From: a virus
Lineage: Duplodnaviria > Caudoviricetes
Virus record (IMG/VR): IMGVR_UViG_3300029305_003510
Span: 64,001 to 128,000 of that record
Strand: one strand, 5' to 3'
DNA length: 64,000 nt
The notes under the pieces are model-generated. The model saw nothing but the letters and a program-made list of their open reading frames with translations. It made no database searches and had not been told where the DNA came from. Position numbers and translations under genes: made by a program. Shown here one piece after another: positions 39,559 to 49,461 of the stretch. How positions within the stretch are numbered: position 1 is the first letter of the stretch; every line of letters begins with the position of its first letter.

Positions 39559-42500
39559 TTACTCTTTGATGGTATAAGTCTGATCACTACCAAGACCAGG
39601 AATAATAATGCGAGATTGATTATCCGGCATACCGGTAAGACTGATATCAGAGATAGCGTTGAATTTTCTAACAAGATCTCTGATAAAGTATTCAGCTTCA
39701 TCTTGATGATCTTCCAGATATTTCAGTTCTCTCATAAGTCTACCATTATAGATATACTCCTCCATGAGAACATCGTAGAATCCACGATATGTCTTATCAC
39801 AGACATGCATCGGAATCATTTTCTCATAATCTCTATCCGGTCTTTGAATACTAGTAGAAGTGTCAGGAGCATTCCAATATTGGATAGCAAGACGCTTTGC
39901 TCGACTAAGATAGATATCTTTCTTGCTATAGAAGAAATCGACACAAGAAATTATCTCGTTGAAATTCAGCAACTGGATTTTACCTGCGGCAATTTCTTTA
40001 TATTCCGTTCTAGGGATATATCTACCATTGACGAATAGCATCATTCTATCACCCAGGAATGCAATATCTCGATAGGAATAATCGATTACATGTCTCCATG
40101 CGGCTTCTCTTTCACGGTTAGTTACACCTTCTTCATCGTCATAGTCGATATGATATCTTCCGATGTTAGTGGAATACGTTACACTGTAATCGGTAGTATC
40201 AATTCGAGCGGTACTAACGGTATGAGATCTTCCGGTATAAAGTCGCATGAGACCAGGATCAAAGACATCCTCGCCAGTGACAAGACGTTTATGGAAGATA
40301 TTAACATCTTTCAGATCAATTACACCAGATGAAATCAGATCTGCAAGAATGCTGATATAACGAATACCAAGCTTTCCTCTGAAATTCATAACAATATCAT
40401 CAAACATAAATGCTGTAATATTATCATGATCGAACTGGAGCATCAGCAGACGTTCGTTGATATTCAGAATCATAGACTCAGTATCGGAATAACAGACCTT
40501 GTTATCGATTTCTTCTAGGAATTCATACCAAATTGCACGATCAGTCGGATCTTCGGAGAACTGTTTACCATAGTTGATCTTATAAAGTGTGGGATCGTCA
40601 ACTTTGCGGAACAGTTCAATTTCAGTCTCATCGCCATGTGCGCCATAGTCAAACGTCAGCGTTGATTTAACATCACCTTCACCGAGATCCATTAAGAAAC
40701 CTTCAGGGAGATTGTATCCATTTTCCATAAGAGGAGAACAAACAATTTCCCCAACGTAGTCCTGCAGTGTGACACCAGGGATGTTGACCCAGATTGTACC
40801 AATTTCAGCGAAGTCGGGTTCCCTAATAGACATGATGTACTTCAGGTTATTCATCTTCGCAGTCTGAATAACAGGAGCAGCATCTTCTGGATCAGGCGGG
40901 ATATCTAGCCAGTACATGCCAATCTCAGCATTCTCCGGCTTCTCTTCGGAAAGGATATACTCAGCACCATCCGTTTCCATATCCACATTATCGAGTTCCG
41001 GATAAGGATTCTCAATTTCATTCGCCGCGTTACTGTACACATAATCGATCAAGAGAACTTTATAGACTGCTACGTTTAGAGTCTCTTTATCCATTGTATC
41101 CAGATAACTTTCCCAAAGAATTCTGATCGCAGTTTTATCCTCCTCAGTACCCTCGGTAATGTATCGGAGAATGATTCTCTTTTTCTGCTCGACAGTGTAT
41201 CCTGCGATCTCTGCACCAGTGATATAGTTACCAGATTCATCATCCACATAAGAGATAGTTTCCAATGCAAACATGTCCGGCGCTACAACACCTACACCGT
41301 TCAACACATTATCGAACGGGTTTTCATCAATATATGGTGTATCAGGATTATCTTTACCATCTACGTCAAAAGTCTCGGCATATATTTGACCTTCATAATG
41401 CCAACTATCAGGAGGAGGGCCAATACCGGATTCGTATTGTTCGAAACCTTCACGCTCAGGAAGAGTATTGTCTTCAATGGACACGGCATTCAATTCTGGA
41501 GATTCTGGTAGAGGACCAATATTCATCTCGGTTCTTTCAACAATGCGGGGGTCATCTATGCCAGAACCTTCTTGTAGAACCAGATAGTCTTTATGGCCTT
41601 TAGATAGTTTAAAATATGTCAGTAGTAGTTCAGTGTATTCCTGTGGGCCTGTATCATCAATAATCATATCCATTGCATATGAGCCAGCTTTGATATCCTG
41701 AGGGATATTATCAGGATCAAGTCCCATGGCTTTGATACGTTCAATAGGATTTACCTGGAACATATCAGGTTCTACGTTGACAAGAAGTTCGAACCAAAGA
41801 TGCTGGTCTTTCACCGAAGGCTCAACAGTTGCTACACGGACAGCATCATCTACAGGATGATCGATCACATCACCACGAAGAATAAGCAGGTTCCGATAGA
41901 AGCGGTTCAGTTTAGTATGCAGTTCTAAAATATTATTCAGATCTACATAATCTCCAATATTTTCAATGACAGTATCTTCACCAGCGTTAAACTTGATCAA
42001 TGTAAACCTATTCACATCATACATCTCAGAGTCAATGATATAAGTGGGGTTACCAAGTTCAAGGTTTTCTACATAATGGTCATCTATCTTTTTAAGAGAT
42101 ACCACCTGATAGTCACTAAAAATATTACCACAATAGAACATGATATCTCGATGAGGCTCAAATGGTACATTTGTGACAATAGCACTTTTTGTTTTACCAT
42201 TGAGCATATGAATATCTGTCTGGAAGAAAGTAGGTCTTGCAAAGCGACTGTTATCACACATCAAGAAATCATTCTGCTCACTACAGAAGAACGGGAATTT
42301 CTCCCAAAGTCTATAGCAGTATGCTGCAATTCTGAAAAGCTTATCCAGAATAATCTCTTCATCGTCAGACCCAAGGATTACATCGTTCACCGGTCGGAGC
42401 TTGTTCAGATATTCTACATCACAGTTATATGGATCATCGATCATCATAAATTCCGGATAGCAAACCAAACGTGATACATCCGGACAAGGTATCCTGTCAG

Positions 42501-43326
42501 AGCTGTCGGTATACACTCTAACGATACAGTCTTTATCTACTTTTATGCAAGGATAGAACTTAGCATCAATAGGATACCCAGGATCATGATCTACAACGAT
42601 ATGATGATAGCATCGAGTATGATACGGACTATCAATGAAGATACCAGTATTGGCTTTTACCTCATATACACCAGCAAGGTTTGCGCAAAGAAACAAATCG
42701 ATATCAGTCGTATAGGAGCAATGAAACTCCCAGTGAGTTGCATCAATCTGTTTTACTTCAGGGATACATATCTTGCCATTACTGATGTAGTATACACATT
42801 TACCTGGATTATCCATACTCGCAAAAGGTTGTCTGGTGATATCAATTCTTTGCACGTGGATATAGTCGCCCTCAACATCGGCGATCTTAGTATATCGTTG
42901 GAAGATATTTTCATTACGAATCAATGTAACCACGGTATTCTCAATATCGTAATGTTTTGGCATGATACCATAGAGATGAACTTCAGATTCGATCCACGTA
43001 ATAGTATTGGGGTTAATATATTCATCATCGATCCAGATTTCCAAATCTTCAATAGGTTGACGATCGATCATGAAATGTGGATAAAAATACCCAACACGCT
43101 CAATGTCACGATAGGATAACGAACATTGCTCGATAGATTTCTGCCCAATATATTCCCTATTTTCTCGGATCCTCCGTTCCTCCGTACAGAGTATGCCCAT
43201 CTCGTTCAGTGTATTATACAGTTCGGTTGTAGTTGACATGTTTGAGACAAGCACCCGAGCTCGCCTCCTTTCCATATATTTTCTCAGGGGGGCTTTTCTA
43301 TAAAAGAATATAGGCAAAAATCCCAC
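39559..43326 (-). CDS. Large probable virion structural protein
   Basis: 1255-aa ORF in the tail gene block; MLFVNGRYI-type beta modules. Confidence 0.7.
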   Translation of the reverse strand: MGFLPIFFYRKAPLRKYMERRRARVLVSNMSTTTELYNTLNEMGILCTEERRIRENREYIGQKSIEQCSLSYRDIERVGYFYPHFMIDRQPIEDLEIWIDDEYINPNTITWIESEVHLYGIMPKHYDIENTVVTLIRNENIFQRYTKIADVEGDYIHVQRIDITRQPFASMDNPGKCVYYISNGKICIPEVKQIDATHWEFHCSYTTDIDLFLCANLAGVYEVKANTGIFIDSPYHTRCYHHIVVDHDPGYPIDAKFYPCIKVDKDCIVRVYTDSSDRIPCPDVSRLVCYPEFMMIDDPYNCDVEYLNKLRPVNDVILGSDDEEIILDKLFRIAAYCYRLWEKFPFFCSEQNDFLMCDNSRFARPTFFQTDIHMLNGKTKSAIVTNVPFEPHRDIMFYCGNIFSDYQVVSLKKIDDHYVENLELGNPTYIIDSEMYDVNRFTLIKFNAGEDTVIENIGDYVDLNNILELHTKLNRFYRNLLILRGDVIDHPVDDAVRVATVEPSVKDQHLWFELLVNVEPDMFQVNPIERIKAMGLDPDNIPQDIKAGSYAMDMIIDDTGPQEYTELLLTYFKLSKGHKDYLVLQEGSGIDDPRIVERTEMNIGPLPESPELNAVSIEDNTLPEREGFEQYESGIGPPPDSWHYEGQIYAETFDVDGKDNPDTPYIDENPFDNVLNGVGVVAPDMFALETISYVDDESGNYITGAEIAGYTVEQKKRIILRYITEGTEEDKTAIRILWESYLDTMDKETLNVAVYKVLLIDYVYSNAANEIENPYPELDNVDMETDGAEYILSEEKPENAEIGMYWLDIPPDPEDAAPVIQTAKMNNLKYIMSIREPDFAEIGTIWVNIPGVTLQDYVGEIVCSPLMENGYNLPEGFLMDLGEGDVKSTLTFDYGAHGDETEIELFRKVDDPTLYKINYGKQFSEDPTDRAIWYEFLEEIDNKVCYSDTESMILNINERLLMLQFDHDNITAFMFDDIVMNFRGKLGIRYISILADLISSGVIDLKDVNIFHKRLVTGEDVFDPGLMRLYTGRSHTVSTARIDTTDYSVTYSTNIGRYHIDYDDEEGVTNREREAAWRHVIDYSYRDIAFLGDRMMLFVNGRYIPRTEYKEIAAGKIQLLNFNEIISCVDFFYSKKDIYLSRAKRLAIQYWNAPDTSTSIQRPDRDYEKMIPMHVCDKTYRGFYDVLMEEYIYNGRLMRELKYLEDHQDEAEYFIRDLVRKFNAISDISLTGMPDNQSRIIIPGLGSDQTYTIKE

Positions 43327-43383
43327 CCTTTAAAAGATAAGACGGGAAGGGAGCTATTGTCCCCTCCCGTCGTGGTTACATTC

Positions 43384-44454
43384 TTACTGATTGCCGATCA
43401 TCAACTGCATACGCTTGTACATATCTGCGCCCTTAGTTTTCTCCATAACAGGCTCAAGAGCCATACGAGAAATCAGAGGAGATTCAAACAGAACCATACA
43501 GATCGTATAGAGATGATAGCCGATATAGTCGATCGACATAGCTGTAGCGGCACCGTATAGTCTGATCCACTTGTCATATACCAGATAGTCGCTGAGGCCC
43601 TTCATGGAAGGGCAGAGACGTTTCAGTTCCAGAATAAACAAAGAGATCGAATCAAAGTTATCTGTCTGGAACTGTGCATCCAAAGACTCAGTGATCAATT
43701 TAGACAGCTTTGGGAAATATGTATTCTTATACCGACGGAAGAACATTTCCTGACCAGTCTGTGTTCCATACATCTGAATCAAGGCAAACTCAGTAGCCAG
43801 GTAACGAATCTTGTCTTTAGTGACAGGATCCATATGTACCAGAGAGTTAATAGCTTTTTCCAGCATAGAACCATACAGAAGAGCCATACCATCGCCCAGA
43901 TCTGCAGGAACAGAAGAATTTGTCTGCACAATTTTTAATGCAACACATGCAGCGAACAATGCTGCCATAAGTGCATTATAATTTCTGCTATGAGCAATCT
44001 GATATTTGCCCATATTATCAAGCTGGACAAAATCAGAAATGTTCACGAAGATACGAGCATTTCGACCACTGCCCTGGATGATATAGGGGATGCATGTAGG
44101 AAGTTTATACTCTTCGCTGTAGACCATGATTACAGATCCATCATCAATCATAGAGCGCATTGTTTTCTTGCAGCTCAACTTGTAACGAGGACCTTCAAAG
44201 AGTTCATACTGCACAGTCTTGTCAAATTGAGTATAATCGACATGAAGAAATCCGTTATTTTCAACGGTCATACGGGGGATTACGTCAACCAGCCGCTGGC
44301 CGTTGACCATAGTGTTTTTATTAGCGTATTCAAACACCTCAGAATCACTGAGACGGTAGAATATTTTACGCTCACCGACAGTTTCCCCCAAGAGTGTCAG
44401 TGTATCGTCCTGTGGCCAAGACAAAGAGGGGAGAAAGACTTTTGTGTCAGTCAT
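43384..44454 (-). CDS. Probable virion protein
   Basis: 356 aa, AAGGAG RBS, AACA-N4-TATA at 44504-44515. Confidence 0.7.
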   Translation of the reverse strand: MTDTKVFLPSLSWPQDDTLTLLGETVGERKIFYRLSDSEVFEYANKNTMVNGQRLVDVIPRMTVENNGFLHVDYTQFDKTVQYELFEGPRYKLSCKKTMRSMIDDGSVIMVYSEEYKLPTCIPYIIQGSGRNARIFVNISDFVQLDNMGKYQIAHSRNYNALMAALFAACVALKIVQTNSSVPADLGDGMALLYGSMLEKAINSLVHMDPVTKDKIRYLATEFALIQMYGTQTGQEMFFRRYKNTYFPKLSKLITESLDAQFQTDNFDSISLFILELKRLCPSMKGLSDYLVYDKWIRLYGAATAMSIDYIGYHLYTICMVLFESPLISRMALEPVMEKTKGADMYKRMQLMIGNQ

Positions 44455-44602
44455 TCCAATTTAGCTCCTTTCATTCAGCGCTGATTATTACACATATAAC
44501 ATGTATACTTATGTTTTTCTAAAGATCCCCTAGTCGAAATTGAAATGGGTATAAGAGGTATATTTCCTCAAAGTTTACCATTATATGGAGGCCTAATTCC
44601 TT

Positions 44603-45115
44603 ATGAAACAACGTATGAATAGACAGAAAATTTCGCAACTTCAAATGGATCGTGCTGAGCATGAAATGAAACGTAATATGACCAAAACATACAACTGTGT
44701 TTCATGCTCAAAGGCTATTCGAGAAGAGGATATTATAACAGCTGATGCTTTCAGGATAATGGATCCTGGTGGTGAAGTTCGATATTTAGTTGGATATCGG
44801 TTTAGTTGTAGTAAAGATTTAATCAAACCTTTCTATGACGCTAGGTATAGATGCATGTGTACTCAAGGCGACGATGCATCTGCACATAATTGTCAAACTT
44901 GTATGTACAGTGAGCCATATATGGTTCAGATACTCAATGAAGTTCCTAAAGGTGGTAAAGCTAAAAAGTGGGCCAAACCACCCAAAAATAACTGTATAGC
45001 ACATCGTATTTTATATCGCTGTAAAAACTTAATACGTATGGAACAGTTTAATGAAGGAACATTCATGTGTGCATATATTAAATGTGATCATTATAAGAAA
45101 CGGGAGGAGAAGTGA
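44603..45115 (+). CDS. Cys-rich putative zinc-binding protein
   Basis: CVSC, CMC, CQTC and C-x4-C motifs. Confidence 0.7.
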   Translation: MKQRMNRQKISQLQMDRAEHEMKRNMTKTYNCVSCSKAIREEDIITADAFRIMDPGGEVRYLVGYRFSCSKDLIKPFYDARYRCMCTQGDDASAHNCQTCMYSEPYMVQILNEVPKGGKAKKWAKPPKNNCIAHRILYRCKNLIRMEQFNEGTFMCAYIKCDHYKKREEK

Positions 45116-45882
45116 TTTTAATGGCCAAAAAGGATAAAGAGCAGGAGAAGAAAGTTGAAGTCGAAAGTGGTAAGACTAAAACTGATAACCACAATAAGGC
45201 TTACATAAATTCAAAAGGCGAACGCGTTATGCGCATCACTGAAGTTATCAAGGTTCTTGCTAAGGATCAGTTGATGACTTGGGCAAATATGTTGGGTTTC
45301 AAAGGTATTGACTATAAGAAAGAGCTTGAAAGAACTGCAAATATCGGTTCTATGTTTCATGGTGTAGTCGAACAGTTCATGAATCCCAAGCAGCTTGCAT
45401 TTATTGACTATTCCGCATATGGTGTCTACGGTTTTCAGTCTGAAATGGAAGCTACCAATGCAATTCATTCTTTCTTCGAATGGTATGAAGATGTAAAAAA
45501 TATCGTCAAAGTTAAGTTCACTGAAAAAGTTGTAGTCGGTGAGAAACTTGGTGGTACTATCGATTGTGGTATTGAAGGTTTTTGTGATCCCGAAAAGGTA
45601 ATCTTCGTAGACTATAAAACGAGTCCCAGTTTTTATCTCAGTCAGTTTCTTCAGCTTGCAGGTTATGTAAAACTTTATGAAGAGGTTTATGGTGAGGATA
45701 CTGTGGAAGGTGTTATGGTGGTCCTTGCCAATAAGAAAACGGGAACTAAAGCTCGTGCACGATTTATTGATCGGGATGCAATGGGTCCAATTATTTTGTG
45801 TTTCGATTGTCTTTATAATACAGCAGTTGCCACTAAGGTCCTAAACAATAGTTGGTGGCAGTTGGGAAAGGATATACAGTAA
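45112..45882 (+). CDS. PD-(D/E)xK (RecB/Cas4-like) exonuclease
   Basis: RITEVI, GSMFH, E...GGTID, VDYKTS, LQLAGY. Confidence 0.85.
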   Translation: MILMAKKDKEQEKKVEVESGKTKTDNHNKAYINSKGERVMRITEVIKVLAKDQLMTWANMLGFKGIDYKKELERTANIGSMFHGVVEQFMNPKQLAFIDYSAYGVYGFQSEMEATNAIHSFFEWYEDVKNIVKVKFTEKVVVGEKLGGTIDCGIEGFCDPEKVIFVDYKTSPSFYLSQFLQLAGYVKLYEEVYGEDTVEGVMVVLANKKTGTKARARFIDRDAMGPIILCFDCLYNTAVATKVLNNSWWQLGKDIQ

Positions 45883-46574
45883 TGCATTACACGAATGAAA
45901 CTACATCATTTCTCTCGTATGAAGTAATTGGTGAGGTATCTCTGAATATCCTTGAGTTTAAAGAGAAAGGTGATACTCTTAATTTTACGGGGGAAATTAC
46001 TGAAATCTTCTATGAAGACTATTTGAACAAAATGCCAGGTGGGATTCCAAGGCTTCTTCCCCAGAAGCATGCGTTGAATCTTAAACTTGTATCAGTTCAA
46101 GCCAATCGCATTGTAAGGAATATTACCATATTGATCACGGATGTTATTACATATGAAACTGATGAGAACTACAACAGCTGTAGAATTACAGTCAAGTATG
46201 CAAGAATTCCTACAGGGGATACTGATCCTCGATCTTTGGTGACAATTCGTCCTGTAGTCTCTCATATTTTTCACAGTGATGGCTTTATCGGCCTCACGCT
46301 CGAAGGTGATATGAAAGCGATCATGCATATGGCTAGCCGGGAACTTCGTGTATTCTGTCATGGTGGGATTGTTTATTATAACGGTGATTTGACTATGTTG
46401 AATACCACTATGGAGGACAAACCTACTATTGATAGTATACGATATAACACAATTGGCATACTAACAGCATCAGCATTGAAAATTCCTGTACAGGAGGAGT
46501 ATAGGAGATTTAAAGATGCTTTTAAACATTTTGTGAAAAATATCTACGGTTTGGATAATATCGCAGATATTTGA
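45882..46574 (+). CDS. Hypothetical protein
   Basis: ATG coupled to the upstream TAA (TAATG). Confidence 0.75.
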   Translation: MHYTNETTSFLSYEVIGEVSLNILEFKEKGDTLNFTGEITEIFYEDYLNKMPGGIPRLLPQKHALNLKLVSVQANRIVRNITILITDVITYETDENYNSCRITVKYARIPTGDTDPRSLVTIRPVVSHIFHSDGFIGLTLEGDMKAIMHMASRELRVFCHGGIVYYNGDLTMLNTTMEDKPTIDSIRYNTIGILTASALKIPVQEEYRRFKDAFKHFVKNIYGLDNIADI

Positions 46575-46597
46575 TATGAAATAAGGAGGAAGTATAT

Positions 46598-47584
46598 ATG
46601 AGCTATGCTGATTTTAAATTCATTGGTAACTGTAAGAAGATCCTTGCGGAGGGATTCTCTGATGAATCATTCCAGGTTCGTCCTAAGTGGGAAGATGGTA
46701 CTCCCGCACATACGAAGAAGCTGCTACATGTAGTTGACCATTATCAGCTTGCACAGGATTCTATTCCCATTATGACCATGCGCAAAACAGGATTTAAGAC
46801 CTGTATTGGTGAGATTCTTTGGATCTATCAGAAAGCATCCAATGTCATTAGTGAGCTCGGTTCTCATATCTGGGATGAGTGGGATGTTGGTAATGGTACA
46901 ATCGGAAAAGCTTATGGCTATCAGATCGGTAAACTCCATCGACATCATAAGCATACTCCTGGAGAAAATCTGTCTGACTACCCGTCTGCTGGTGAAAAGG
47001 ACGGCTGGATTTATCTGAATCAGATCGATGCCGTTATTTGGGACCTGAGAAATAATCCTGGTTCTCGGTCTATTATTACGAATATGTACAATCATGAAGA
47101 TCTCAGCGAGATGGGTCTTCGTCCCTGTGCATATTCTATGACATATAATGTCACAAAAGACTCTGATGGAAATATGGTTCTGAATTCTATTCTGAACCAG
47201 CGTTCACAGGATATGCTCACCGCCAATAATTGGAATGCCGTTCAATATTCTGTTCTGACTCATATGTTGGCTCAGATTTGTGGCATGAAGGTTGGTAAAT
47301 TTACCCATGTAATTGTAGATGCGCATATTTACGATCGACACATCCCTGTTGTGGAGAGTATGATCAAAGAGTATGAGAATGTGTTGGTTAAAGCCGTACA
47401 TAATATCGACTCTGGTTATGATGATCGTACTATTCAGGAACTGCGCGAAGTTCTGCCATATCGTAATCCTAAGTTCTGGATCAATCCTGATATCAAAAGT
47501 TTCTATGACTTTACTACAAAGGATTTTGAGCTGAAGGATTATCATTACGTTCCGTTCGACTATAAAATCCCTGTGGCAGTCTAA
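46598..47584 (+). CDS. thyA: Thymidylate synthase
   Basis: EILW, IWDEW, GKAYGYQ, LRPC, NQRSQD, DAHIYDRH; ends IPVAV. Confidence 0.97.
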   Translation: MSYADFKFIGNCKKILAEGFSDESFQVRPKWEDGTPAHTKKLLHVVDHYQLAQDSIPIMTMRKTGFKTCIGEILWIYQKASNVISELGSHIWDEWDVGNGTIGKAYGYQIGKLHRHHKHTPGENLSDYPSAGEKDGWIYLNQIDAVIWDLRNNPGSRSIITNMYNHEDLSEMGLRPCAYSMTYNVTKDSDGNMVLNSILNQRSQDMLTANNWNAVQYSVLTHMLAQICGMKVGKFTHVIVDAHIYDRHIPVVESMIKEYENVLVKAVHNIDSGYDDRTIQELREVLPYRNPKFWINPDIKSFYDFTTKDFELKDYHYVPFDYKIPVAV

Positions 47585-47596
47585 TGAGGTGACTAT

Positions 47597-47899
47597 ATGA
47601 AAGTGTTTCTGAGTCATCCAATGCACGGGATTTCTGAGGAAGAGTGTCTTGCATATCGAGATAAGGCGATGGAGCATATTTGTGAAAGATTTCCGGATGC
47701 AGAATTACTTGAAACATTCATTCATGAAAATGCTCCTGTTAATGCTACACGTCAATGGCATCTTGGAGAATCTATTAAGTTCATGGGAGATGCTGATATA
47801 GTATTCTTTTCAAAAGATTTCCGAGAAGCTCGTGGATGTTGCGTAGAGTATCAAGTGTGTCTCGAATATGGGATCCCATTTGAAATTCTACAAATTTAA
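47597..47899 (+). CDS. Small nucleoside-deoxyribosyltransferase-like fold protein
   Basis: KVFLSHPMHG...ADIVFF...ARGCCVEYQVC pattern. Confidence 0.5.
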   Translation: MKVFLSHPMHGISEEECLAYRDKAMEHICERFPDAELLETFIHENAPVNATRQWHLGESIKFMGDADIVFFSKDFREARGCCVEYQVCLEYGIPFEILQI

Positions 47900-47916
47900 G
47901 AATTGAGGTGAATGTT

Positions 47917-49020
47917 ATGATCGCGATTGCTCTTGTAGATCAAAAGTGGGGCATCGCAGCCAATGGCAAGCAAATCATATTTATTCCGGAAGATCTGAAA
48001 CGGTTCAAGAAGCTTACTGAGGGTCATCCAGTTATTATGGGTCGTAAAACATATGAAGCCCTTCCCGGAAAGAGACCACTTCCAGGAAGACGTAATCTGA
48101 TTCTATCCAGGAATATGGAGACTGCACCAGAAGGATTTGAGCTTGGTAGCCTCATGGCTAATGATCCCGATACATGTGTAATAGGTGGTGAGTCGGTCTA
48201 TGCGCAGCTACTTCCTTTATGTGATCATATCTACCTCACTGTAGTAGAATATGATTTCGAGGCTGATCAATTTTTCCCCAATATTACTCATGATGGAAGT
48301 GATTGGGAGTTAAGATCCCGTGGACCTGATCTTGAGTATAATGGATATGTATACCATTTCGATGAATATGTTCGCAAAGGTTCTTTTGATCTTGTTGAAC
48401 CTACGAAATCGGTAGAAGAAGATCTGCAGCAGTTTAATAAAGCTGAAATTCTTGCTGTTGCAGAAACACTTATCCAGCAAGCTCAAAAGGAGCATACGAA
48501 TGAAGAGGCCCAAGCCTCAGCCATCTTAGCAAATCTGGCAGTATTGTGTTATTCTCAGGGTATGAATGCAACCTGTAACAAAGGTGTGAAAGCTTTTGCA
48601 TCTACCGATGATATTTTTGCTGACGTTATTGCAGAGGCGCAAATTCGTTGGGAGTGGATCATCACATACTGTCACGATGTGTTAAACATTGATCTTCATC
48701 CATTGGCAATGCTATTTGTATTGCGATTTATCACATCTAGCGAGAACGATGTGTATGCTCCACATGTTCTTGCGGGTATTGAGCGTGTCAGCAAACAGTT
48801 GGATGAAAAGATCGCTGAAGATGTACAAGCAGCGGATGCTGAAATCGATCCTGAGATTGAAAGTTTTGATGGGAGTATGGCAACTTTGGTTGTAGAATAT
48901 TTCAAATTGCTTGAGGAAATCGGAACATTCCATCGGGATCGCGATAAGTACGAGACAGAAGAACAGAAGAAACTACATGATCGAATTGTTACGATTTATC
49001 GTAAGATCGGTCGTACATAA
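47917..49020 (+). CDS. folA: Dihydrofolate reductase fused to an unknown ~210-aa helical C-terminal domain
   Basis: IPEDLKRFKKLT, VIMGRKTYE, RPLPGRRNLILSR, VIGGESVY, ADQFFP. Confidence 0.9.
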   Translation: MIAIALVDQKWGIAANGKQIIFIPEDLKRFKKLTEGHPVIMGRKTYEALPGKRPLPGRRNLILSRNMETAPEGFELGSLMANDPDTCVIGGESVYAQLLPLCDHIYLTVVEYDFEADQFFPNITHDGSDWELRSRGPDLEYNGYVYHFDEYVRKGSFDLVEPTKSVEEDLQQFNKAEILAVAETLIQQAQKEHTNEEAQASAILANLAVLCYSQGMNATCNKGVKAFASTDDIFADVIAEAQIRWEWIITYCHDVLNIDLHPLAMLFVLRFITSSENDVYAPHVLAGIERVSKQLDEKIAEDVQAADAEIDPEIESFDGSMATLVVEYFKLLEEIGTFHRDRDKYETEEQKKLHDRIVTIYRKIGRT

Positions 49021-49122
49021 CCTCTCGAAATACATATTATATCAGTGGATGTAGAGCCTTCATACATAAGGTTTTGCATCCACTGATATTGTAATTCAAA
49101 ATATAGAGAGGAGTATGAAACT

Positions 49123-49413
49123 ATGACAAGAAGACAGAGACGAGATCTTGTAATTGATCAGAAGAGAGCCGCACTTGCATATGCAGCTCGTGATGTTTCT
49201 CAGCAAGAATTAGCCGAAGAGTTCGGTGTTACTCAGAGCACTATTTCCAGATACATTAAACTGGGCGAATTAGCGATCCTCGCAGAGTGTAATATCAAAG
49301 AAGCCGATAGTCCGAGCACAGTGCGAGCTAAAGCTAGTAGAGCTGGTTATCATGACACCAGTGATATTCAGCGTATACATGGTCATTGTGTTCGACGATA
49401 TCAGAAAGTGTAA
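49123..49413 (+). CDS. Helix-turn-helix DNA-binding protein
   Basis: SQQELAEEFGVTQSTISRYI. Confidence 0.85.
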   Translation: MTRRQRRDLVIDQKRAALAYAARDVSQQELAEEFGVTQSTISRYIKLGELAILAECNIKEADSPSTVRAKASRAGYHDTSDIQRIHGHCVRRYQKV

Positions 49414-49461
49414 TTTAAATAAGCATACATAAAATACGAAAGAAAAGGAGAGTGAAATTGT

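Noticed and set aside
34004-43326. CRISPR array or diversity-generating retroelement
   Set aside because: No regularly spaced repeats, no reverse transcriptase and no adenine-specific TR/VR pair seen; the tail repeats are protein-level.
45112-45882. Cas4 as part of a CRISPR system
   Set aside because: No Fe-S cysteine cluster, other cas genes or array; consistent with an ordinary phage PD-(D/E)xK exonuclease.
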